Assembly: GCA_964016885.1 (NCBI GenBank)
Contig: OZ024741.1
Coordinates: forward strand, 296,546,001-296,610,000
Origin: Eledone cirrhosa
Taxonomy: Eukaryota
DNA length: 64,000 bases
Direction of reading: 5' to 3'
Shown here: piece after piece, positions 1 to 11,503 of the stretch
Position numbering within the stretch: position 1 is the stretch's first letter
How the letters are laid out: each line of letters begins with the position of its first letter
Made by a program: the position numbers and the translations under genes
The notes under the pieces: generated by a model
The model's input: only the letters and a program-made list of their open reading frames with translations
The model's database searches: none
What the model was told of the DNA's origin: nothing

Positions 1-395
1 TCTGTACAAAGTTTGCACTGTCCTCACAAGCCATTCCTCAACACCTAGCTTCCTTAGGGACCACCAGATGACAGATCGGGGTACCCTATCAAAGGCCTTC
101 TCTAGGTCAACAAAGACTAAGTATAGTGGCTTATTCTTCTCTAGGAACCTCTCTTGCAATTGTCTCACCAAGAAGAGGGCATCTGTTGTACTCTTCCCAG
201 GCACAAAACCAAACTGCATCTCATCTAGTTTGACCCTTTCTCTAATTAGTTGTGCTAAAATCCTTTCTGCCACTTTCATAACCTGATCTATCAGTTTTAT
301 ACCCCTATAATTGCTCCTCTCCAAAGCATCCTCTTTACCCTTGTAGCAATTTATGAGAATACTGCTGCACCAGTCCTTGGGTATGACACCACCAA
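1..395 (-). mobile_element. RTE-clade LINE fragment (RT region), same family as 50237-51980
   Basis: Reverse complement is near-identical to about 50450-50840 ([18 protein letters not shown]...[15 protein letters not shown]...FVDLEKAFD). It ends in a long (TA)n run at about 398-603. Confidence 0.9.
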
Positions 396-397
396 CA

Positions 398-607
<210 letters not shown>

Positions 608-2129
608 ATAATAATAAAATTGAAGACTAAAATCCAAAGAGGGCTCGATAAGGAAAATATATATCAAATATATAAGAACCGTAGAGCAAATATTTATTAA
701 AATAACAGATTAAAGTTTAAGCAAAGAATCGCTGCTTTCACCCTTAACGGGATCTTCTGAAACTAACAAAGTCAATCTGTAAACGCAGAACTGGATATTT
801 CAAAAAACGTTGCAACCGGAGGAAGACAGGAAGACGATACTTTGGTTCGTGGAAACGTTCGCTGGCAAAGAACGGGAAAAAACGAATACTACGTCATTAA
901 TAGGAGCGGTGAAAAACAATTACGCGCAAAGACAAAACCACGTTTATGGTATAAAAGAGGTCGTAGACTAATGTTCTCTTAGGTGGTGCATAGAGACGTT
1001 CTCTGGCAATGAACGAAAAAACGAAGATAATAAGTCATATGTGGAGCGTGGAGAACAAAAGCACGCAAAGACAAAACCACGTAAATGGTATAGCAGAAGT
1101 CGTAGACTAAAATTCTAACTAGGAGACCAAATGAATCTCCGCTACAGAGTTAAGAACAAAGTAAATAAATACAATACAGAAGTAATAGAAACAAATAAAT
1201 ACATACACGCAAACAGATACGTACATACACAAGCATACGCAAAACCTTACCATAGGTATACAAAACCACGCACATATAAATATGTGTTTGTGTGTATGCT
1301 TGTGTACAAATAAATAAATAATTATATAAACGTATATAAGTAAATAAATACGTATATAACAAGCGCACACACATACCTACATATAAATACACGAATGTTC
1401 GGAGACGTAAGTCAACTAAAACAAGAAGTACACATATACACACACCCACCATACGTACGAACCTGCATACTCACTCGGACGCAAAACTCCCGTATACACA
1501 TAGCCAAACCCTAAATACCAGAATATGTAAAAATGATACGCCATAATAGTCAAATATACGTACGAGAAGGTATACATACCTTCACAAAACATATGGGTAA
1601 TATATACTTACCTATGCAAATAAGTAAAGGAATAAACAAAACATATACTTAGCTCCCACATCAAGACGTAAAATATCCACGTATAGATCGTGCTATCCGT
1701 TAGGGTATAACGTGGGGCTGTAATACAGGAAAGTTTTGTGCAATTTATGTTTACAAGCCGAAATTGCCTCAGATTTTTTGTTTAACCCTAATCCCAGCCG
1801 TAACCTCAACCACAGCACTAACCCCTAACCCTAACTGTAACCTCAACCTTAACCACAACCTAACCCTAACCCCAACCACAACCATTCTCTCTCCGCCCCT
1901 CTGTTTCCGGGAAATAAAGTTTTTTGTAGTATATTCGGAGGTAGGATTAATTGGTAGTGCCATAAAAAACTGAGGGGAAAAGAAATGGTAAAGAAAACTC
2001 GGGAAGTGGGGGGATCCTCTCTCTTCCCCTATTTTTTCCGGGAGGAAAAAGTCCTTTGGAGGTAAGTTTAATTGGTAGCATATGAAAAGAAAAAAAATAT
2101 TCTTACTGAAATCGGAGTGTCTTGCTATA

Positions 2130-2760
2130 ATAATGATTTCTAGTATAGGGACAAGGCCAGTAATTTGGGGGGAGGGGAAAGTCGATTAAATCGGCCCCAG
2201 TACGTTACTGGTGCTTTATTTTATTGACCCCGTAAGGATGAAAAGCAAAGTTAACCTCGGCAGGATTTGAACTCAGAGTGTAAAGGGGTGTAACTCTATG
2301 CTGCAAAGCATGGCGTCCGATCCTCTACCAATACTGCCAATCCACCACCCTATGTCTTGCTATAATAATTGTTTCTACTTTTGGTACAAGGCCAGCAATT
2401 ACCTCAGTGCATTACGGGTACTTTATTTTATTGACCCCGTAAGGATGAAAGGCAAAGTTAACCTTGGCAGGATTTGAACTCAGAATGGAAAGGGCCGTAA
2501 CTCTATGCGTCAAAGCATGGCGTCCGACCCTCTACCGATACTGTCAATTCACCGCCCTATTGTCTTGCTATAATGGTTTATGATTTATGCCAACAATTTT
2601 GGAGGAGGGTGGGGAAAATTAAATCGACCAGTGCGTTACTGGTACTTTATTTTATCGACCCCCGTAAGGATGAAAAGCAAAACTAACATCGGCGAGATTT
2701 GAACACACAATTTAAAGGGACGTAACTCTATGTCGCAAAGCACGTCCGACGCTCTACTGA
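2130..2760 (-). mobile_element. Cluster of tRNA-derived SINE copies (abundant family)
   Basis: Repeated reverse-complement copies of GGATTGGCAGTATCGGTAGAG (A-box-like) ... GAGTTCAAATCC (B-box) ... GCCTTTCATCCTTACGGGGTCGATAAAATAAAGTACCAGT ... GGCCTTGTGCCAAAAGTAGAAACAATTATT. Further copies at about 3040-3230 and 7345-7700. Confidence 0.85.
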
Positions 2761-3942
2761 TTCCGTAATTTTTTTTTCCGTGTGCTATCTATCAAACGTA
2801 TTTTTTAATATGATGCAAAAGATTTTTTTCCTCCGTAAAAAAGATAGAATAGGCTAATTTGCCGGTCCCGGTAAAATAGACAAACATGCTTTTAAAGCTT
2901 ATTTTACCAGTCCCCGGTAAATATAAATAGTGTTTGGGTTTAGATTAGGGTTTAAATTGTTTTAATAATTGGTGGTGAAAATAAACTTGTGTGTTAAATC
3001 TGTGTGTTGTTATTTTTAACATTACCTGCCTTCATAATAATGGTTTCTGATTTAGGCACAAGGCCAGCGTTTTTGGGAGAGGGGAAGTCAATTAAATTAA
3101 ACCCAGTGCATTACTGATGCTTTCCTTTATCGATCCCGTAACGATGAAAGGCAAAGCTAACTTCGGCGGGATTTGAACTCAGACCATAGAGGGCCGCAAC
3201 TCTGTGCTGCAAAGCATGATGTCTGTCACTGTTACCGGCAAAATAGCCTGGGAATCAATTTTACCGGGACCGGCAAAATAGCCACTTCCAAAAAAGAAAT
3301 CGTAATTTATAAAAATGCAATCGCTTCCAGGAAATTAAACATTGTAAATGGAATGACTGTATAGTAATAGTTCAATTTAAGATCACAGGTACTTCCAGCA
3401 ACAGTTGATTTTGACAGGACCCCTTGCATTGGAAGAAGTATTTGAGGACTCTGCCCCCATAAACCTCTCAGGAATAAATGGAAGAAGAAGAAGACGGTAC
3501 TTTCAGCAATCTCCGTAAAATCTATCGGTAATAATCATAAATAAAATGAAAGTAACGGAAAGAAAGTGAACGATGCCTTAGTTACCAATATAATGATAAA
3601 ATCCGTATGATTTATTATGAAAGAAACCTCAAGTGATTAGATTTAAAAGAAAATGGATACAAATTAAATTAGAGGGTATTCATGTTTGATACATTTCAAA
3701 AGTAGCATTAAAGTAATGTTGATGACTATTGCGTCATTAAAATGCAGAGATTTACGGGGAGTACTGGAAGTTGCCGTGATCTTAAATCAAAAGATTACCA
3801 CGGATACCATCATGTGTGCAAAATAATTACAGCTTGTTAAATTCACTTTGACTTTATTGTAAATTTTCATTTCTTTCCAGATTCATTTTGGTGTCGGTAA
3901 TTTTCGACTCTATTCTGTAGGAATACTGAGTATTGTACTTAC

Positions 3943-4622
3943 TTGTTTACAAAAAATCGCCTCATGCCGAACGCATTTTCATACCATTGAATGATATTGT
4001 GTGAAGTGGCCAATTCAGCGGCAAAGGCGACGTGATCAATATGTGTAATGTAATTCCTCGGTGACGGGGATCGAATCCTGTCCTCTTCGTTATTTTTCTC
4101 ATCCTTCTGTCGTTGGATCGATGTAAAACCGGGCAAGAAGAAACCACGGTAATGTGTCCGTTCGACTAAGGTGTGTACGATGTTGCCAAGACAAGATTCC
4201 ACAACAGCGACTTTCACTTCTCCATCGTCGTCGGACATAATTTGCACCGGTTTCACCATCTTGGCGCCGCATCTCTCCAACCTCTGCACCTGTTGTAGGA
4301 CGTCCTTCACAGCCAGACACACGTTAAACACACTATTTCTAACGGGCCTTCCATTCTCGTCTAGATCATGGTCCCACAGAATCAAATAAGGGTCATTTGC
4401 TATCTCTTTTTCACGCTGTCCGAGTTCAACGTATGAGCTTCGTATTTCTGTGACTAGCAATTGTACCTTGCCGTTGGCTCTCACTAACCATTGTTGACTG
4501 TGTGTTGTGTCTCTATAACCAGCTAGATATAACCCCAACTTATGACAGAGTCCCAACACAAATTCGTCGCCGTTCTCTCGTACCCCGATCTCAATGTGAT
4601 GGATGGAGGATTGTGACATCAT
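3943..4622 (-). CDS. HPDL: 4-hydroxyphenylpyruvate dioxygenase-like protein, first coding exon (N-terminal VOC domain and start of C-terminal domain)
   Basis: Motifs HHIEIGV, FNVCLAVKDV, PVQIMSDDDGEVKVAVVESCLGNIVHTLVERTHYRGFFLPGF and ITHIDHVAFA (first metal-binding His) resemble HPDL/HPPD. Donor AA|GTAAGT at 3943/3942. Acceptor TTTTAG at 4637-4642 with an in-frame TGA just before the ATG, so an upstream non-coding exon is implied. Later exons were not found in the window. Confidence 0.85.
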
Positions 4623-4937
4623 TCACTGACTCAACACTAAAACACAAACACACACATACTCTGTCTCTCTCACCCACACACTCTCTCTCTTCCTCTCATT
4701 TCCCTTTCACACATATGCACTTCCTCTTTCTTTCTTTCTCTCTCTCTCTCTATATATTGTCTTGGTTGATCTGACTGGTGAGCGAGCTACCAGACCACCA
4801 CCACGACTACTACCACCACCACCACCACCACCACCACTATATAAAATATTTGGCACAAGGGCATAAAGATACTAAGCAACTTGGGAGACAAATGACTACC
4901 TTTATATATATATATATGTGTGTGTATATGTATATAT

Positions 4938-4982
4938 AAATGTATACACACTTTGATTACCGGGCTGTTGAAGTTTGGGGAC

Positions 4983-5028
<46 letters not shown>

Positions 5029-5053
5029 GTCCCCAAAAAACGTATACACACTT

Positions 5054-5056
<3 letters not shown>
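4938..5056. mobile_element. Two Tc1/mariner-type MITE ends (TIR AGGGTGTCCCCAAA) facing outward from a (TA)n run
   Basis: TTTGGGGACACCCT-(TA)n-AGGGTGTCCCCAAA. The same TIR bounds the intact MITE at 24401-24496. Confidence 0.6.
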
Positions 5057-5095
<39 letters not shown>

Positions 5096-5197
5096 ATGTT
5101 ACTGCTTTGCTTTTGTTGCAAATACTAAATGTCAATTTGTTCCATCTAAGTTTTAAAATAGTACATGTCTACCATATCTTACACAGCTTGTACTACA

Positions 5198-5365
5198 TAG
5201 TAATACAGGGCTGCCATAGCTCCTCCTCTCTCTAGTAATACAGGGCTAACCTATCTCCCTCTGTACCTATTAATACAGGGTTACCATAGCCCCCTCTGTA
5301 CCTATTAATATAGGGCTGCCATAGCTCCCCTCTCCCTAGTAATACAGGGCTAGCTACCATAGCTC
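5198..5365. repeat. Minisatellite, about 35-38-bp unit (TAGTAATACAGGGCTGCCATAGCTCCCCTCT)
   Basis: About 5 imperfect tandem copies visible. Confidence 0.8.
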
Positions 5366-5452
5366 TCAGACACAGGTAATAATAATATTGACTGCCAATA
5401 CTGGAATTGAACTATCAAGACAGTTGAGGTATGTCATACATCAATTCATATA

Positions 5453-5515
5453 TTTTATCTGATGAGGACGTACTGAAAAAAACAGCACAATGCCTCCGAA
5501 ATATATATAATAAAA
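5453..5515 (+). ncRNA. Minimal type-I hammerhead ribozyme motif (Penelope-like-element type)
   Basis: TTTTAT-CTGATGA-GGA...TCC-GAAA-TATATA-TA-ATAAAA: stem I TTTTAT/ATAAAA, intact core boxes, palindromic stem III. Confidence 0.75.
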
Positions 5516-5557
5516 CATATTTTGATTATGTGAATTTCTTCATTTATTAATATTTTG

Positions 5558-5611
<54 letters not shown>

Positions 5612-5697
5612 GTTAAACAAGGTTCAATGAATAAATCAAAGAATGAGTTTTACAATAGATTGGAAGCACTCAACAATATGGGTTTTCCTGAGTTATT

Positions 5698-6320
5698 AAT
5701 ATTAATTCAAAATATTAACAAAAATAGAACTTCTTGTGATCAAGTATATTTTATTATACATATTTCAGAGGTACTGAGCTAACTTCAACAGTACGTCCTC
5801 ATCAGATAAAATAAGATGATGCATGACATAGCCTGACATAGTAGATGGAATATGTATAATAAAATATGTATATGTGAAATATGTATAATAAAATATACTT
5901 GATCACAAGAAGTTCTATTTTTGTTAATATTTTGAATTAATATATATATATATATATATATGGTAAATTTTTTAAAGTCGTTTGGAAGCCTCGACAATGC
6001 AGATGGGTAAATCTCCGGGTAACAAGATCCGGTGGTGGAGAGAGAGATGTAAGTGGGTGTATAAGACTGTAACGTGTAGAGGAATGAAGGAAAGATCGTA
6101 AAGGATTAGAATTAAAATAACGACACGAGAAAGAGTTACCTTAGGAGAGATTTAATTGTCCCTATATATTTCGGATTCACATCCATCAACTGGTTTTTTT
6201 TTCCGGGGGGGGGGGGGGGTGTCTGTCGGAAAGGTGCGAAACGTGTCCTCCGCTGTTCGTTGTTTTGAATATCTGCCATCTGCATTGTCGAGGCTTCCAA
6301 ACGACTTAAAGAAATTTACC
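5698..6320. repeat. Two inverted-repeat pairs (about 5698-5767 with 5875-5943; 5962-6006 with 6276-6320), probable Penelope-like remnant
   Basis: Arms are direct reverse complements. The first pair overlaps the 3' half of the hammerhead. Confidence 0.65.
5749..5811 (-). ncRNA. Second minimal type-I hammerhead ribozyme motif, inverted relative to the first
   Basis: Reverse complement reads TTTTAT-CTGATGA-GGACGTACTG...CAGTACCTCT-GAAA-TATGTA-TA-ATAAAA. Confidence 0.7.
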
Positions 6321-6461
6321 TTATTATTCCACAATGCTTCAAGCAAACTTCAATACTCTCTCTCTCTATATATATATATAAACTATTTTTCCATTTTGAC
6401 GTTATAGTCACTTATATATTATGAAATACTGTTGGCTTCGCGCTCACAACAATTTCTATAC

Positions 6462-6516
<55 letters not shown>

Positions 6517-8133
6517 AAACAGTGGGGCGCCCAGGACAAAGACAATGAAAAAAAACAACGGAAAATATGTGTGTATCTGTGAGTGTGTTTGTGTTTACGC
6601 TTTGTTCGACCACAGGAGATAAAATAAATACCAGTCTTGAAGAAAATACGCCCTGGGCTCGATATAATCGATAAAATCCCTATAATGTGGTGCTCCAGCA
6701 CGACTGCGGTATAATAACTGAAACCAACAATAAATAAAAGAATTCTCTACATTATGTCATATGTCGGCTTGACCTAATTGACATATACCGGAAAGGAGTT
6801 GGCCGCCAGTTGGTGTAATCTCCGCGAGGTGGAGTGACTGTTTCAGTGAGTCTCCCTCGCCGGTCTCTGGGACAACGCATTCTCCATCCTGTTAGCAGGG
6901 ACCCAGAGACGGAGGGTAAGCTAGTTGTTGTTGGAGGATACTTGTTCGGACTTCACATCCACACAGTGCTCTGTTGTGGCTAAGATTTTCCATCTTCTCT
7001 CTCACCATCCACCGGGGAAACGCCTTCTCTATTCTGTCCGCTGGGGGCCACGGGGCGGCTACCGCGTGGACCCCTATTTGCTCATAATAGTGAGAGATGG
7101 GGAGAGCGGAAGAGACGGAGGCAGTGACAGTAGGAGTTTGGTGCCATTGTGTTCGGACCTGGTGTATATGTATATATTTATTAACCACACCACATTAATA
7201 CTTCACATACATTTCAATTCACATCACTCGTATGAACACTTGACTAAGATTATCTAAACTATAATAAAGTAAGGAGCGCGGGACTGCGTACGGTTTATAA
7301 ATTTTATCCCATTAGTAAAATAAGTTGGATTACTTTGAATAAATAATTGTTTCTACTTTTGGCACAAGGCCAGCAATTACTCAGTGCATTACTGGTACTT
7401 TATTTTATCGACCCCGTAAGGATGAAAGGCAAAGTTAACCTCGGCGGGATTTGAACACAGAATGGCAAGGGTCGTAACTCTAAGCGTCAAAGCATGGCGT
7501 CCGACCTTCTACCGACACTGCCAATCCACCTCTTTGAATAAATAATTGTTTCTACTTTTAGCACAAGGCCAGCAATTACTAAGTGCATTACTGGTACTTT
7601 ATTTTATCGACCCCGTAAGGATAAAAGTTAACATCGGCAGGATTTGAACTCAGAATAGCAAGGGCCGTAACTCTATGCGTCAAAGCATGGCGTCCGATGA
7701 ATGAATATTACATAATTTATCTACTAGATTTCGTGGCCGTTGATTAAATATATTTTGTTTATTTAAAGATTCACTTCTTTAAAATTTCTGAAATGTCAAC
7801 ACTTCCGGTTGGCCATCTCTTAAATAAACATACTAAATTCTGTCATTAATTTTCTCCTAATGCAGTTTATATATAATATCGTCTTTTTTAATGTATCATG
7901 GATTACGTTACTGATTAAATAAGACAGTGTAACACAGTCTTCGTTCAATTTCTATGTATTATATATTGTCAATTACGATTTTATTCAATATACTCACTAC
8001 ACATGCTAGCAGAAAACCACCCGAAGGGTGGTTTTTCTGCTAGTTAGAGTAATGCTAACATACACATCAACTCTTTACACATTACAGACCAGAAATAAGT
8101 CTTCTCTTTCTACCAAATATATTTTGTCTAGAG

Positions 8134-8297
8134 CAGACATGTCAAACTGAGGGTGCCCCAAGGGCCACATGGATCACATGTGTTGTCTGAGGGTCACACA
8201 TGACAACTAATTGCGCACATTACAACTAATATTTTTTTATTTTATATTACGCTCGTGTGTTTGTAAAGGGCCGCGGGCCACATGTTCGGCATGCCTG
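8134..8297. mobile_element. hAT-type MITE with 8-bp TSD GTCTAGAG
   Basis: Imperfect TIRs CAGACATGTCAAAC / GTTCGGCATGCCTG. GTCTAGAG occurs at 8126-8133 and 8298-8305. Confidence 0.85.
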
Positions 8298-8619
8298 GTC
8301 TAGAGTAAATCATGGTTTAGAACAGATGTTGGCTGTTGTGTGGGGATGGGAAGATATATGATATATAAAATGACACACATACAGGTCAGTGGTTTATATT
8401 AGACGGGCGGACTGAAAATTGTGTACCGCCATTGTTTCTTACTATCTTTATTTAATTAATTTAAACTTCCGTGTAAAGCTGAAGCCATGACAGATTGAGA
8501 AAGCAATCTAACAAGAAAGTAAAATAGGAAATGTGTGGGCCTATGTATGTATGTATGTATGTATGTATGTATGTATGTATGTATGTATGTATGTATGTAT
8601 GTATGTATGTATGTGTGTG

Positions 8620-9400
8620 TGGAATTTACACAACATCAACTAGGTAGATATGTATGCATGTCTGTATGCATGCATGTGTGTGCAGATATGGATGTTATTG
8701 TATATGTGGATGTGTGTTTTGAGTTATGTGTGCATGTGTATCTGTATCTGTATATGTGTATATGCAGTTATTAGGTGCAAAATTTTTGGAATGTTTTACA
8801 TATCTTTACTGTTTCATTAATGGATTGTACTTGTGATTTCCTAACTAGTTGTGTTCTTTCTGTTTCTGTGAAGCCTACCTTCTCAAGATTTGTATTGAGG
8901 CAGTTACTAACATATCCCAGTGCCCCAATAATCACAGGCATAAATCTGAGGGTATAGTCAGAGTAGAGTATCTTCAGATGTCTCATTAGTTCTGCATAGA
9001 TGTTCTACTTCTCTTTGATATTATATTGGTAGCTAACTTCCACTACTGTGCATGCCTTCTTTTCCCTGTCCCATATCATTATATCTGGTCTGTTATGCCT
9101 GCATTTTATTGGGGTTTTGATTGGAACATTCCATCAGTACTCTTTCATATTATTTATGTGAATGCCTTCCACATTGCTGTAACCTTTAATGTGCTTATTG
9201 TCGGGGTTATCTTTTCTATCGATTGCATTGTACAGTGTTTTCGATACAACATGCCTCATAGGTAGATAGTACCGCGATGACATCTTTGGACAGCTACTTA
9301 TGACATGGGTGACATCTTCGATGTTAATTCTACAGAATCTGTATTTGTTAACACATCTAGGTGTTTTGCCTGCATCCCTATCTCTTTTGTGGATCAGGTA
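8620..9400 (-). mobile_element. R4/Dong-type non-LTR element family A, internally deleted 3' fragment
   Basis: Homologous to about 11585-12340 (RLE C-terminus FMPVIIGALG...KICKTF plus 3' UTR). Bounded by (TATG)n on both sides. Confidence 0.85.
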
Positions 9401-9473
9401 TTTTGTGTATGTATGTATGTATGTATGTATGTATGTATGTATGTATGTATGTATGTATGTATGTATGTTTGTT

Positions 9474-9737
9474 TGTCGGGCATTCTTCTAGAAGGCAACT
9501 CAGGAAAATGGGATAACTCCGACATAAAACCTGCGGCAGAGTAGTTACCGATGATGTTGATCTTTTCTTCTTTTCGGGTTATAGCTACTGTCACTTAGGG
9601 ATTGGCTCAGTGCACAATCTTTCCTCACTTTAAAAAACATTTTCACGCACAGGCATTGTACAATAGAATTAATTAATAATTATTAATAATGGTATATCGT
9701 GCAATGGCCATCATCGATAACGAGGGGGCAGCCATCA
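9474..9737 (+). mobile_element. RTE-like 5'-UTR fragment (paralog of 15861-16135; related to about 59230-59465)
   Basis: Near-identical to 15861-16135 and bounded by (TATG)n. The family assignment is from general resemblance only. Confidence 0.55.
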
Positions 9738-9835
9738 TGTATGTGTGTGTGTATGTATGTATGTATGTATGTATGTATGTATGTATGTATGTATGTATGT
9801 ATGTATGTATGTATGTATGTATGTGAGTGTGTGTG

Positions 9836-10238
9836 TAGGTTAGGATGCCAAAGGCAATTTTCTACGGCGAACTACGGCAAGGCAAGCGAAACCATGACCC
9901 CCCGAAAACATTTCAAGGACCAACTCAAGTGCCAGCTGGTCCAAGGCAATATTGATCACAGGGATTGGGAACACCTGGCTCAAAACAGAGAGAAATGGAG
10001 AGCGACCATCAAATCAGCTGCAGCCAGCTTTGTGGAGGGCAGGAAGGCGGCGGCTGAAGACAAACATGAAAGGAGGAAGCTGTCTGTTACCTAACCACCA
10101 AGTGACCAAGAACACACTTGTCCCAACTGTACCAGAGTCTGCAGGTCCAGGATTTGCCTCTACAGCCACCCCAGGGTGTGCCACTGCACGGAGCAGGACA
10201 ACCTTTCCACTGATCTTCGTAAGCGAAGAATTCGTCTT
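9836..10238 (+). mobile_element. RTE-clade LINE 3' fragment
   Basis: RMPKAIFYGELRQGKR...FKDQLK...WEHLAQNREKWR...CPNCTRVCRSRICLYSH (C2H2-like tail). Bounded by (TATG)n. Confidence 0.8.
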
Positions 10239-10282
10239 TATGTATGTATGTATGTATGTATGTATGTATGTATGTATGTATG

Positions 10283-10744
10283 TTTTCTCTTTCTCTTAAT
10301 TTCGAGTATATTTTTTTGACCGGCCACCTTCCTGGTGGCAAGGTTGTAAAAGAAAAGAAATTGTCATCCCTTGAATCGCAAGAATGTTTTGCAAATTTTG
10401 AAGGTGCCAGCTATCGCAGCCATTTGTAGACTATGAATTAGGGAGCTGCGCTTTTTGTCCGCAAGTCCAAGTTCAGTCATACTTTGGTCCAAGCGGGTTG
10501 GTATATAACCCGTAGCACCAATAATGATGGGTATGAAGCTAAAGGTGTATCTTGGATACTGGATTTGTAAACTCCTCATCAATGGTCCGTAGATGTCCTC
10601 CTTCTCCTGTATTTTTCTGACAACGTTTACATCAAGTGGGCAGCTGATCTCCACAACAGAACACGTTTTCAATGTGTGGTCCCAAACTACAATATCAGGC
10701 CAGTTGTGCTTTAATTTAGTGGCAGTTTTTATTTTCCGGTTCCA
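10283..10744 (-). mobile_element. R4/Dong-type non-LTR element family B, 3' fragment (RLE domain)
   Basis: HNWPDIVVWD...VVEISCPLDVN...KEDIYGPL...IIIGATG. Paralog of 16160-16610. Confidence 0.85.
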
Positions 10745-10914
10745 TGTATGTATGTATGTATGTATGTATGTATGTATGTATGTATGTATGTATGTATGTA
10801 TGTATGTACGTATGTACGTATGTATGTATGTACGTATGTATGTATGTATGTATGTACGTATGTATGTATGTATGTATGTATGTATGTATGTATGTATGAA
10901 TGTATGTATGTGTG

Positions 10915-11485
10915 TGTGCAGGACACATCGTCTGCATGAAAGAAAGCAGGATCGCGAAGCAACTGTTTTACGGTGAGCTCCATCTTGGAAAAAGGCCTCA
11001 AAACAAACCGAAAAGGAGGTACAGGGACAACATCAAGAACAACCCCAAGGAGCTGGCATTTGATATAGACAACCGGGAGGAGAAAGCTCTAAATAGGACT
11101 GAGTTGAGAAAGGGTATAAAGGGCAGTTGCAAAACTATTGAGGAATGTCGTCTAGAACATAAACGACTTAAGCGGCAGCTCCGGAAAGGTTGTGCTCACA
11201 GTCTTGATAAAAGCGTCAGTAGTTGGGCATGCAAATTCTGTCAGCGTGTACTCTTCTCAAAGGCTGGTTTTGTTAATCACTTAAAGTCATATGACAGGAT
11301 AACAACCCGCAGCATCACTCAACAAAGACCTGGCGAAACAACGTAGAAAGCATAACTCTCTTCTGCCATCTGTGTCGTTAACCATGCAGATCTACAGCTG
11401 GTCTACGAAGTCATGGGCGTGGATGGGATGACAATGACGAATCAATAAGAGACTGCAATCGTCTGTGAAGACACTACAATCCTCA
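10915..11485 (+). mobile_element. RTE-clade LINE 3' fragment (second family)
   Basis: AGHIVCMKESRIAKQLFYGEL...KRRYRDNIK...CKFCQRVLFSKAGFVNHLKS. Confidence 0.8.
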
Positions 11486-11503
11486 TGTGTATATGTATGT
11501 ATG

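Noticed and set aside
720-770. Possible minus-strand hammerhead (CAGAAGA-TCCC...GGGT-GAAA)
   Set aside because: The core is mutated and no convincing stem I was found; at most a decayed Penelope-type remnant.
1785-1875. Telomere-like CCCTAA repeats
   Set aside because: Short, degenerate and internal; more likely part of a dispersed repeat.
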